From Phoronis australis (taxonomy: Eukaryota > Animalia > Phoronida), in NCBI GenBank assembly GCA_002633005.1, contig NMRA01000853.1, forward strand, positions 47,933-111,932: a stretch of 64,000 nt of DNA, written 5' to 3'. The notes beneath the pieces were generated by a model. It had not been told where the DNA came from and searched no databases. It saw only the letters and a program-made list of their open reading frames with translations. Position 1 is the first letter of the stretch. Every line of letters starts with the position of its first letter. The translations under genes and the position numbers were made by a program. Shown one piece after another: positions 52,951 through 64,000 of this stretch.

Positions 52951-53109
52951 TGTCCATGGTGTTAGGTTAGCTGTTCCCTTGCGCATGCGCGTTTGTCCTT
53001 TTAATAGTCATCTTAGATAATAAACGTCGATTTGAATCACTCCCTCCCAAAGCCCCGTGTTACTCAACAACACAGTTACGTACAGCCGATTGATATATGG
53101 TGGCAGCGG
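52951..53109 (+). mobile_element. Probable short LTR plus tRNA-Leu primer-binding site
   Basis: Starts TGT where homology to the gene 1 3' flank ends; TGGTGGCAGCGG at 53098-53109 is complementary to a tRNA-Leu 3' end. Confidence 0.5.
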
Positions 53110-53322
53110 CGGAAAGGACCCAGTACCGTTGGGATTTTATCTGTGGGTGAGATTGCGCTGAAACGTATCCAAGTTAAGCGATTCTGATTTGACCAAGTTC
53201 GCGCTTCGTCACTCTGACCGAGAAGTGTAGTATAAAGAGTTCCCTTGTGAGTTCGCTGCTATCGCTACTACTAGCGCCGCCAAGTGGTGCATAATCAACG
53301 GTCAAGTAGGAAGCGCGGGAAC

Positions 53323-53420
53323 AATGGGGAAGAGTTCATTTTGTAGTGCGATAAATTGCACTAATTCATCCATGAAAATCTCAGACGTATCATACGTTTC
53401 CTAAGGATCAAGAAAGATAA
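53323..53420 (+). pseudogene. THAP-domain 5' fragment (DNA transposon derived)
   Basis: MGKSSFCSAINCTNS...(frameshift)...HTFPKDQER. Confidence 0.5.
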
Positions 53421-54536
53421 GGATTATTTGTTATTTAATAATATGATACATTGTCTTTCATTGTGTGTGTTCTGTTCACGGTTGGAATACAAGTCGATCT
53501 CAGTCTCGGTGCCGCTGTATCTGCAGTGTAGGCTACTGCACAGACTACGCTCTGCCTTCTGCAGATACTTTGTTGTCAATGTACGTCTACTAAAATTATA
53601 TGTCAGGGAGCATCAGAATGGACTTGTCTTACTTTTTTCTTACTTGTGTTACACCTACTGTACAAACCAATTGTCTGCGCTGGTAGTAGCCTTGGAAGAC
53701 ATTCAAAATTGTGGAACGAGCACTGAGTTAGGAAAGCTTTGTAATGAAAAGTTGGAAAACACCTAGGATGGTACTGGGGCATGATGTCAACCTGTCATTA
53801 CAACCAAAAGTCCTTAGGTTCATGCACAGAACGAGGGCCAAATCTTATCACCCCCTCAGCACAGGTTGTCAATAGGGGAACAACCAACATTTGTGACGAT
53901 GGGAGGGGCTCAACACTCATGTGGCATATCAAAGTGGTTTTTACCTGTTTAGCACTCCTCCACTGTTCCTCCCTGGGAAGGGGTCAACACGTGCCCTTCT
54001 GCGCCCACCTTGTTTGCACACCTCCCGGGCAACTTTCCCCTGAACACCCAGGAGCAATCACTAAAATTATGTAGTCCATGGAGGTATGAAATGTTATAAA
54101 GAACCCAAACATGTAACAAAACCATGATGGCTTTTGAAGGGAGCATCAAGAGAATGAAAGCAAATACACTTTAATATCGATTAAAACACACTTTTTTCAT
54201 CCTCATTCGATTATAACTGGATGTTGTCACTTTACGTATGTTACCCATTTTCAATCACACTGTAACGTTATTGCATGTCGAACGTCATTAAAGTATTAAT
54301 TTATCAGTGTTTACATGGTTCGGACTGCGCCGCTAAATTGGTGTTGCTTATTCGCCGCTTGGGGCGCTACTTTTTCGACCGATAACCACTGTGGCGAATG
54401 GCAAGATGGCGGAGTGAACTCTCCTATTCTTCGTACACTTCATGCTCTGGCTGTGCTAAGTTGTGACTCGCATTTTGCCGATAGATCTTGCTACCGGACA
54501 CTGTTGTTTTACTCCGTGCTCTCGTGGTTGAAAATC

Positions 54537-56869
54537 ATGTCGGACTCTGAATAAAGCACTCACTTGAACAAACTGGTAATACATAAAAGCCCCCAAGCCC
54601 TATAAGCTTGCTACTGACCCTCAAGTGGAAACTGTGGAAGCAAATATATACAAACTGTACTGCGTAATAACTGAACTTGACGACTGGTACGGTGGCGTAC
54701 AAACGTGCGTTTTTAATCTCTGTGGTGGGCACTGAAGCACTCGAACTGTTCAGCACCTGTGATCCCAAAGACCCAGACACCCCCACCAATATTTTAAGAA
54801 AGTTTGATAACCGCATTCTCGGAAAGATTAAGGAAACTTTTCAGCGTTATCGTTTTAGTGCACGAAGTCAACAGTGGAGAGAATCGATTGACACTTACCT
54901 CGTTGAACTGAAAAAAATGCAAAAATTTGCAACTTCTGTGAATGTCTACAGGATACCCTCCTGTGCGATCAGTTAGGCTTGCTTGACCCGAAAACCAGAA
55001 AACGCCTACTACAGGAACCAAATCTAACACTTGAGCTCTTAGTTGACATTTGTAAATCTTATGAAACCACGGACACTCAATTACGCCAGGACGGGAAAGA
55101 ACGACAAACGGCCTCAACGACGTCAACACGCAGAAAAAAAGTAAAAACTCAGCACAAGGTTTCTTGTACTCAAAACAAAACTGTGCCCGTCATACGGCGA
55201 ATCACGTAACACTTGTCATCAGAAAACCATTTTGCAGGTTCAGAGTAGTGAAAAACACCCATCTTACCACTCTCCCCAAAAGGAGTGTGCCCACACAGTT
55301 CATGACACAAGTGATAGCTCTGACGGTGAACCGATAAATGCTGTTAATACACATATTAACCCAACTGATAAACCACTATATTGGCAGATGCTGGTGGAAG
55401 GGCAACCTGTCAAATACATGATGCGCACTCTGCCTCAAAAACTAGTCCCCCAGGCAGCGCCAGTTATTAGTTACTTTGTCATTGTTGTGGCACATACGTT
55501 TGTGCGACCCCTGTCGAGTCGTCTGCTTCTCCCGCTTTTGTATCACGAGTTTGCGTTTGAATACAGTTGCATATTTCGCTGCACTTTGGTGTTTGTTTGT
55601 CTACTGGCGCAGTACAAAACAAAACGAAACCTCCGTCAATATCACTTCTCATGTTGAACAATGCGAAGTTCCAACCAACTGGGGGTGTGCTACTTATAGT
55701 AAAATCTCTAAAAACAACAACACTTTCGACAACAACCTTACACCACTCCTTGGATCACCCATTATCGAGATGATGGGTCTGGTAACAGTCAACTACGAGA
55801 CCGTCATGCAAGTGAACACTGTACTAGAAGAATCAAAACTCTTCCAACATCAATCATTCCCTGTCGGACTCGGAAAGTTACCTGGCATAGTCCAATTGAA
55901 GTCGCGACACGATGTAAAGCCTTTAATCTGTCCACCACGCAAGCTGCCTGTGTCACTGAAGGAAAGCACGTACGGAACTGAACAGAATGATGCAACTTGG
56001 AGTCATCGCTAAGGTTGACGAACCATCCAACTGGGTCAGTCAGATGGCCGTCAGTTTCAAACGCTCTGGTGAACTACGCACATGCATACACCGACGACCA
56101 CTCAATGCAGCCCTCAAGCGGGAACACCTCCAGTTACCAGTCATGGATGATCTTTAACCAAACCTTGTGAATGCCAGAGTTTTTTTTTCAAAATTAGAAT
56201 TCACAAGTCGGTACTGACATTGCGATTTTTCAGAAGTGCCTGCTTTTAGCTGTGAATGGTCTGGACGATGTTTTCTGTGTGGCCGACGACAGCGTCATCT
56301 ATGGTGTTGGCGGCGATATACAGCAAGCTCATGTCGATCATTACTCAAAGTTAGAGTCATTTCTCAAACGGTGCACCGACCAGGCATCCGTCTAAAGAAG
56401 AAGTGTGAGATCTGTGAAGCAGAGATAGCTTTTCTGGATCATCTCCTCACATCAGATGGATTGAAGATCGACCCCTGACAAGTGTGCTGCTATCCTTGAT
56501 CTACATACCGCCACCAATGTTGAAGAAGTGCAACGTCTCAATGGCATGGGAAACTATCTCGCTAAGTTTCTACCACGACTATCTGATATGATGGAACCTA
56601 TTCGTCAACTCACACGACAAGATGTTCCATGGCACTGGTCGCACGTTCAAGATGAAGCACCTCTTCTTAGCTACTACAGCCCCCAAAAAGAACTGGTTAT
56701 CCAGTGTGATGCTTCGGACAAAGGCCTCGGTTCTACCCTGTTTCAGAAAGGCAAGCCTTTCGCTTTTGCCAGTCGTGCATTGACCGATAGAGATATTAGG
56801 TATGCACACACAGAGATTGAGACTCTAAATGATGTGTTCGCACTGAACAAGTTTCGTGAGTACACCTAG
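54537..56869 (+). mobile_element. Decayed Ty3/Gypsy gag-pol (gag, protease, RT, RNase H)
   Basis: AFLISVVGTEALELF, RYRF..RSQ...ESIDTY, PPRKLPVSLK, EPSNWVSQMAV, LNAALKREH, QRLNGMGNYLAKFLP, IQCDASDKGLG..L.Q.GKP.AFASRALT. Confidence 0.88.
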
Positions 56870-57215
56870 TAAACATACAGGTATTGGACCCTGAGCTGTT
56901 TTCTGTATTGGCCTAATGGTGTAGGCCAGAACTGGCCCAATAACATTTTGCACACCTACTCGGTATTGGGCCGGTATAAGATTGCGATATCGGGCCAGTA
57001 AAGGGCCAGTACCAGGCCATTACTGGGCCAATACACAAAAAAAAAACGGTTTCGGCCCTATAAAGGGTCAGTATTGACAGACTGTGTTGGCCCTGTACAG
57101 GGCCATTGATGGGCTCATATTAAGCAAGTATACTAATTACATAGGCGAAAGTGCAGTGGTGGGCCACTACAGTGCCAATATTGAACCACTAATGTTGCCT
57201 TTACAGGCCCAGTGC
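56866..57215. repeat. Array of short GGGCC/GGCCC(A) subterminal-type repeats; probable non-autonomous DNA-transposon end truncating the Gypsy element
   Basis: Many TATTGGGCC/GGCCCA/GGGCCAGT motifs starting where the RNase H ORF stops. Confidence 0.5.
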
Positions 57216-59384
57216 AGGAATATTACTGTTCGTGGGTATAACGAAACAACAGATTTGTCTTTTTCAATGCTTCAGGTTTTTAATTCCTACAACGTTCGTT
57301 TTGTTGGTCATTTCAATCCTACTGCATGTGCAGCTGTGACTTACAAGAAGAAAAGGCTCTTGTTCTTTAATAGTACCTTTATTACCATGAAACTGTTAAG
57401 GTAAAATACTTACAAAAATGACGAATTGTATAAATAAAAACTAAGCAAATAATTATTTGTTACGAAACTGTCTCGGGCTTGTTAGTGGACTGGCAGCTTC
57501 ACACAGTCTTCGCCCTCCCTCTATGTCGCCAGCGTTTCGGAACCTGGTGCCGGTCTCTTGCTATAAAGCTTCTATTAGCATTACTGTGTTCCTTGATCAC
57601 AATCTCTGAAATAAAACAACGCCTGCTTAGTATCTCAGAGTACAAACTAACAGATTCCCTGTATATTTTTAGATAAGTAATGCATAATAAGAATTACCTA
57701 ACGACAGTGTATACCATTCCAACACGAAATTTATTTGAAATGCATAATCTGCAAGATAATTATATAAATGTTTCATCCTTTGTTAACACAAGTATTACAG
57801 CTGGTTGTAAGACTTTACTTTCTTGTAATGAATATTTTCAGAAGTGACTTTTTGTTCATTTCTTTTCTTCCCAAAATGTCTATTTCGTTACCATTTAAAG
57901 ATTCCTAAAAATACTTCACAATCTGTTACAAAAAGTCTTGCGAGCATCAACTGATGGTTTTGCTCTGTGTTTACACACCATTGACACTGATGTGACCTTT
58001 TCAACTTCGTCCCCACGCCTCAAGATGGCGCTGATCGGTTTAGCCATTTGAGGCTTGGTTATGGCAATTACTTTCTGCGCAGTGATTGACCGATGCCTTG
58101 ATGTCATTGAACAAAGGCAGGTTATAATTATTTTCACATTGTAGCCATTCAAGCGAGAGAAGGCATTGTTTTAGTTTTTGTCTGAAATAAAGGTTGTACT
58201 TGTTTTCAATTCTTATTTATGAATAGTATTAATCTGTTTTCGAATGGAGTAAAAGAATAGTTGTTTCCAATGTTCAATGACTAACGTCAAGCACTCAGCG
58301 TTTTGGCATTGAAATGTTGTTCATACTTAGCATCTGTCTCCTGTCACTCCAGATTGGAAGCAATTGAAAACAACACTCCCATATTGAAGTACGTGACATT
58401 AGTCATAACATACATGTCCGTCGCCTCACAAACAGGCAAATAGCAAGCCGTGGCATTATAATCACGGCTTGTCACGTAGGCTTTGCAACCTGAAAAATAA
58501 ATTCCGATTCTGTAAATAGCTTTCAAAAATTATGTCATTGACTGCACCTGACTGACCTTTCCGTTACCGCCGAGTTCACCGGGTCAAAAACTTTGCGGGA
58601 CTGCGCGAGATATTGCTAGGTATTTTAAATTGGAGCACGTGATTTTGGCAAGATATTACTAGCAGCAAGACAGCTATTAATCTATACCCTGATTGGTCTG
58701 CAAGTTGAAAGTTAGTCGTCATCGGGAACCAGTCAGATGTTTTAGGGGTTGACCGGGGGAAATTGACGAAGTAATGAAATGCAGCCATGCTGCATAAGGT
58801 GGAAAGTGTTAACAAAAAATATTCTGAAAACTGAAAGCCAGAAAGAAAATGGTATGAATTGGAACTACTGGTTGCTTTTTTGCTATTTCAGGAATCCCAA
58901 AGTTACGCTCTGTGGTAAAACAAAAAAGTGTTTGTTATTTTAATAGTCATCATTTACTCAACTGTCAATTGTTATTCTACTTTGAGTTTTGAGTCCTGGG
59001 CAATATTAAATTGTAGTTCGCAAACCATAATTTCAGGTCAAAAACGGTGTTTCATCAGAGCCCCTGCCATCTACGAAATTCATATAGCAGTTGTGCCAAA
59101 CTTGATCGTAGGAGGGACTTCAATCAATTACCATTCACGTGTCACGCAATGTATTCGAGAGTTTCGGCTACATTTTAAACGTGTGTGAGGTATGCATTCT
59201 TTGCATACTGCGTCACAATGTTGACCTACATTTTCGCTTTCAGTCTTTTAAGATAGTGGTTAAAACCACGTAAGGACAAAACGTGAGTTTTAATCGTCAA
59301 TTGACTGATCGTTAAATATACGCAACTTCTTTTAAAATAGTTTTCGGCAGTTTCGCTACCAAAGAGAAGATTTACCTTAGTGCA

Positions 59385-61860
59385 CTCACATTAACAAGTT
59401 GACCGCATTCGAGAACAGTGTACAGTGAATTCCAGAAATTGTTGGTAAGCTTTACTTTCTCAGCACAGTCTTGCGGGACTCGAGTGGTGTTCAGTAGGCC
59501 CCCTAAGGAGGCTTGGTTCCGACCTCCGCACAGACCATCTTCCTACCAGCAATAAGTATCACTGCCGTATTCTATACCGAGAATTTCCGCAGAAAGCCCC
59601 ACCCGATGAAACACCCATGTCCATGGGCGTTCATTGGTGTTCCAACTTCGGGTTTCAAGTGTTCAGACATTGGGACGTATATTCGAAAAATTGCAAAATG
59701 CAAATTGGTCCTGGGATACATCGTCTTTGATAAAAGAGCAAGTTTTGCAGCAGTCTATGATGAAAGGGTCGAAAATAGTTGCGCACGTAACTCTTTTGAA
59801 TGGACTTTACAACCTCAAGGAGCTTAGTGCCAAGCTGCAAAAACGAGATGATGACATTGTAGAGGCTCACAAACTCATTGACACAGCAGTTGACGAAGTG
59901 CATACATTAAGAACAAACATCAAAGATGTTTGGATGGAATGGTTCCAAGACACGCAAACCGTAGCTGAGAACATTGGATCCGATATCCACGGCAGTCTAG
60001 ACACCAGCAGCATAGGACTGACGCTCCTGCAGAAACACCCATGTAATACACTATAATTCTATAGTTTCTACATAATGTCGGTTTTCAGACTTACTTTTTT
60101 GTTTGATGATTGTGTACAATGAAAACAAAATAGAAAGTATTTTTAGACATGCCAAATTTACTCAGTAAAGCACTGGGTCTACGTGCGCACAGAAACTGAT
60201 TCTTGTTTTTATTTTCACTTGGCTCCTTATCTGCTTTGTAACCAAAATTTATGCGCGTAGTGCGTAGTTAAATTTGTTGTAAATACTAGTCTTTCTTCTA
60301 GTGGGTACTACAGAAGAGCAGTGGGAATACCCTTCTTAGACAACCTCTCCCAGCATCTGACTTCCAGGTTTTCGAAGACAACAGGCAGGTTGAAGCTGTC
60401 AGTTCTTGTGCCATTAAGAGGATGAGGAATGCAGACTTAGGCTCATTGGAGGATCGGCTGCATTTGTGAGACATAGACTTGCCATCATTAGATTCGCTGA
60501 CTCCCTCCGTCGTGTCTTCGGTTAAATCATTGATTGTCCTATGTAATAGTAGAAACATAATCAATACATGTACCTCTTGCTCACAATTCAGCTAGAACTC
60601 CGACGCTGGAAATCTTTCTGGAATGCTCGAAGTCGAGAGGAGTTGCCAAGTAACTTGTGTTCCAAACTCAAGCATGCAGTGTATCCCCTATTGAATCTTG
60701 TGAGGCAGAGAAATTATTTTCTATGCTCAGGCGTGTGAAGAAACATTTGAGGGCTACTATGTCTGAGGAAAGGCTTACTGGGTTATCACTGATGGTCATG
60801 CATTACGAAACAACAAAAAGGCTAGACACGTCACTGGTCGTCAAGCGCTTTATCCAGAGCAACCCAAGACATGTGGTCAGCAAGTGAATCTTGTTTGGTT
60901 GTAAGTTTTGTCACAGAGTAGCGGCAAGATGTATCAAATATTTGTATGAGCAACCAATTTGGATCAAAAAGTGTATGGGGACTAGGTTTCTATTCTGAGG
61001 ATATTTTGCAAAGTGTACTTTAGGCCTCGTGAAGGACAAGCTCAGCTTATTTGTATAGATATTGGCTTTCAGTGTACTTTTGTGCCCTTACATGAAACAG
61101 TCCCAAACAGGGACTCAACTAAGTTCCCTAAATCTACTGCGTATTTTTGGACTTGTGAAAACATCGATTGCCCTTTCTTCAATTATTTTAGTTTCATTAC
61201 TAAGTCAACTTTTGATTTTGATACAAGTCGAGAGTGATTCTTCGTTTAAATTGTCAATATTATCGAAAATATTTAGGAATCTTTTCATGCAACACCCCCA
61301 ATTTAAGGACTGAGTCCCTATTTATTTTCAATGAACTCTGGGCTCAGTTTGTAGTTCAATGATTAGAAAATTTCATTAATCAAGGAGGAGCTTATAATGA
61401 GGATGATCTGATAGAAAAATATTGCATCTGTGAGTCCATAAAGACACAAATACGCAAAAAGACTTAGGAACCTTAGTTGAGTCCCTATTTGGGACTGTTT
61501 CATGCAACCGGCCACTGGTCCCTCGGTGAACTGTTCAAGTGATTTTTTTTTACCACATGGTACTTTGTAAATCTATTTACCTTAGTCAGTCCTTTTTAGT
61601 CACACGACTATTTTTGTAGGGATAATAAGCATAGCTGTACTTTTGGTCTCGTGACGGACCAGGCCAGCTTATTTGAGTAGATATTGACTCTCAGTGTACA
61701 TTTGGTCCCTCGGCGAACTGGTGTTGTATATCTTTTCACAGCGGTGTACAGTATGTTTTGGTTCCTTAAAAAGGTTTTCAGGTGATATGCTTCCTCATAC
61801 ATTTGACACTTTTCAATTATTGCGACAAACTGGAACTGCAAAAATCAACGTGATTCAGCT
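59385..61860 (+). mobile_element. Decayed hAT transposase (ZMYM1/THAP12-like group) with C-terminal dimerisation domain; homologous to 44388-45815
   Basis: LKELSAKLQKRDDDIVEA, YYRRAVGIPFLDNL, SCEAEKLFSMLRRVKKHLRATMSEERLTGLSLMVMH. Confidence 0.85.
61083..61513. mobile_element. MITE (PIF/Harbinger-like) with ~40-bp TIRs nested in the hAT remnant
   Basis: CATGAAACAGTCCCAAACAGGGACTCAACTAAG ... CTTAGTTGAGTCCCTATTTGGGACTGTTTCATG; absent from the homologous site near 45487. Confidence 0.75.
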
Positions 61861-64000
61861 TAAGGTCCTTATCTCAAAGGGCATTCTAGTTCAAAAACTT
61901 AAAAATATATATCAAATTAAGTAATATGTAACATAGCATCCTTTCTGTTATCAAACACCTTTTTTAACACATTTTTGTACCTCAGCCGAGATCGGAAACC
62001 ATCGCGGACTATTCCCGTCTGTTTCCGTGGCCTGAGTTCATGTGTGTCGGTTCAGGAACGATTCCTGAATGCCAGCCATGTTGTCCTTGTAAACGTATTG
62101 ACATCACCGTGAGCGTAAATGCGTTGTTATTTTGTTTGGTTGTTTTTGGTTCCCATTTTGGTTCTTTTTTAAATTTGATTATATTTTGTCCAAATTTTAC
62201 CTGTTCTTTACATATGACGGATGGTATTAAATGCATAATCATAAGTTTGAAGTACCGGTATCGTCCGCAAAGTCTCCGGCGTAGCCAACGCTCGGCTACT
62301 GAGGTCAGCCCTCATTCATCGCGAGGGTACGTCAAATTAGCAGCAGTAACCGTTTAGGTCTTATCTTTAACGCCATATCTTGAAATTGATGCAAAGTACC
62401 AGCCTGAATCATTAAGTGGCAATTGCCGTGTCTCGGTGACTACCCGGACGTGTAAGCGTTGTGCGTAATCGGCAGCAAATCGGCACCGAAAAAACATCCG
62501 CGTACGGCGATGTTTCGACAAAAAACAAGTTTTATTTCTAAACAATGAGCTCCACATCTGTGGTTGATTTTGCTTCCAGGATACAGTAACTGGTGAAGTA
62601 ATATCCCGGCCCTGCAGTCGTCGTGACTCTATAGCCGGGAACTCAGTGATAATCACTTGCTAAAGTGGCTTTGATTTTCAGTTATCAAGGAAAATATATT
62701 TTCAAACCTCACAAAAACAAACTTGCAATATATGCCTCTGTTGTCTAAATAAAAAAATTCCGTGATGCGGCAAACAGGAGCGGGGGGGGAGTGTAGTGAA
62801 TGCTAGTCAATGAGCTGAATGTCGGCGATAGGAATATATTGCAGTGTTAGGAGCATGACGCATTGTTTTTTATCCTCTTTGTCACAGGAATTTCACTTAT
62901 TCAGGGCCGGGTAGCTAACTAATGTTTTCATCTTGCCCTGCGCGGAGCACAGATGTCCGCCGGCGCACGGCAGGACAGGCGGTCCGGCTTCGCCGACTAG
63001 CAGCGTGTACGAATGTTTCTGGCTAACTGGGGATTATTCCTTTTACTTTAAACGTATTAATACTTATATTATACCACTTTGGCACCATGGCAAGTTTTCT
63101 ACCTGAAGTTATCTCGCCACCAAATCGGTATTCGTCAGCCGCCCGGCTGTAGGGAATTAAAGCGCATTTTCGCAAGTTTAGGTGTCGGGATATTCTAACT
63201 GTATAGTAATTTTATTCAATAATTTGATGTTGCATGTTCGTCGTTCTGTTTATACTGTTTGTTTACCAGAGTTAATTAAACCCAGTAAAACACGCTTAGC
63301 CTAGCCTCATGCGCCATAGTCGGCCCCGGTTGTTATTCAGTCGTTGGCGCAGGACTCACGGTTAGGCCCTACTAGTCCGTAATTTTATACCAGTGTCGCA
63401 AACTATCTCTGTGTGAATAAGGCATTCATGATCGAACCATTTATTCCGATAAAACAGTCACGGACGACATGCCTTTGTCTTTTGGCAGTACCAGTGGTCT
63501 CGATCGGTCTGCACCGGTCACCGGCTGCAGGTCCGAGCCCGGAAAAATAATTTCTGTCAAAGTTTATTTTGCCACATTTTGTCAGCATTTTCAGTACAAA
63601 TTGTCCCTATTCTGGTTTTATTAATGTTGAGGTCTGCTGTCGATTATTTCATCCCCTTTTGCTGTTTGGTAACAGACACTGCTCCAGTCGCACAGACGGG
63701 GTATAGACCTTAGGAGGCACAGAACAGTTCTCACTGGGTTTTGCCTAGCAAAACACACATCACTTGATTTGTAACCTTTTCTTCACTCTGTCAAAAACAG
63801 GATGCAAAGAATGGCATGTTTTCAATTATTTCACATAAAAAGCCCAGCAGATGAGCACAGAAACTTTATTCTTTCTTGTATTTTTGACCATTTCATTCCC
63901 ACTGACAACCAAGCTAGACTAAGAAAAATAAGGGCAAAAAAATGCAAAATCGGCACTTTTCACCCGAAAAACACCACTTCCCTGCCGATGCACGACTAAA

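Larger units (their letters stand above)
58815..63692 (+). repeat. Intergenic block collinear with 22940-27447 (segmental duplication, copy B)
   Basis: See copy A; interrupted by a ~2.7-kb hAT-containing segment at ~59180-61864. Confidence 0.7.

Noticed and set aside
47242-57215. CRISPR-like arrays at 47.3-47.7 kb and 56.9-57.2 kb
   Set aside because: Repeats are short, irregularly spaced and in mixed orientation, in eukaryotic DNA with no cas genes; they fit transposon subterminal repeats.
59634-60887. Domesticated ZMYM1/THAP12-like host gene
   Set aside because: Frameshifts, stops and large deletions; treated as a decayed hAT transposase.

Overview
Repeat-rich eukaryotic DNA, probably from an invertebrate animal: AT-rich, with GT-AG introns, decayed LINE, Gypsy, hAT and MITE insertions, and an assembly gap at 98-993. 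The main signal is a tandem array of intron-containing genes encoding Tae4-family (bacterial type VI secretion amidase effector 4; NlpC/P60 Cys-His peptidoglycan DL-endopeptidase) domains, i.e. domesticated 'dae4-like' antibacterial genes. The ORF track misses them because they are split into ~150-bp exons. Gene 2 (36815-52277, +, 11 exons, 515 aa by my splicing) is complete: signal peptide, Thr/Ser/Pro linker and THREE tandem Cys-rich, Lys-rich Tae4 domains, the third with the catalytic Cys changed to Ser. Gene 1 (1734-4321, +, 5' end missing) appears to be a two-domain paralog whose terminal domain keeps the Cys. Intron homologies suggest the third domain arose by internal duplication of three exons. 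Collinear flanking homology (22.9-27.4 kb vs 58.8-63.7 kb) suggests the array continues beyond the window. Family assignments come from motif recognition by eye, not database searches.
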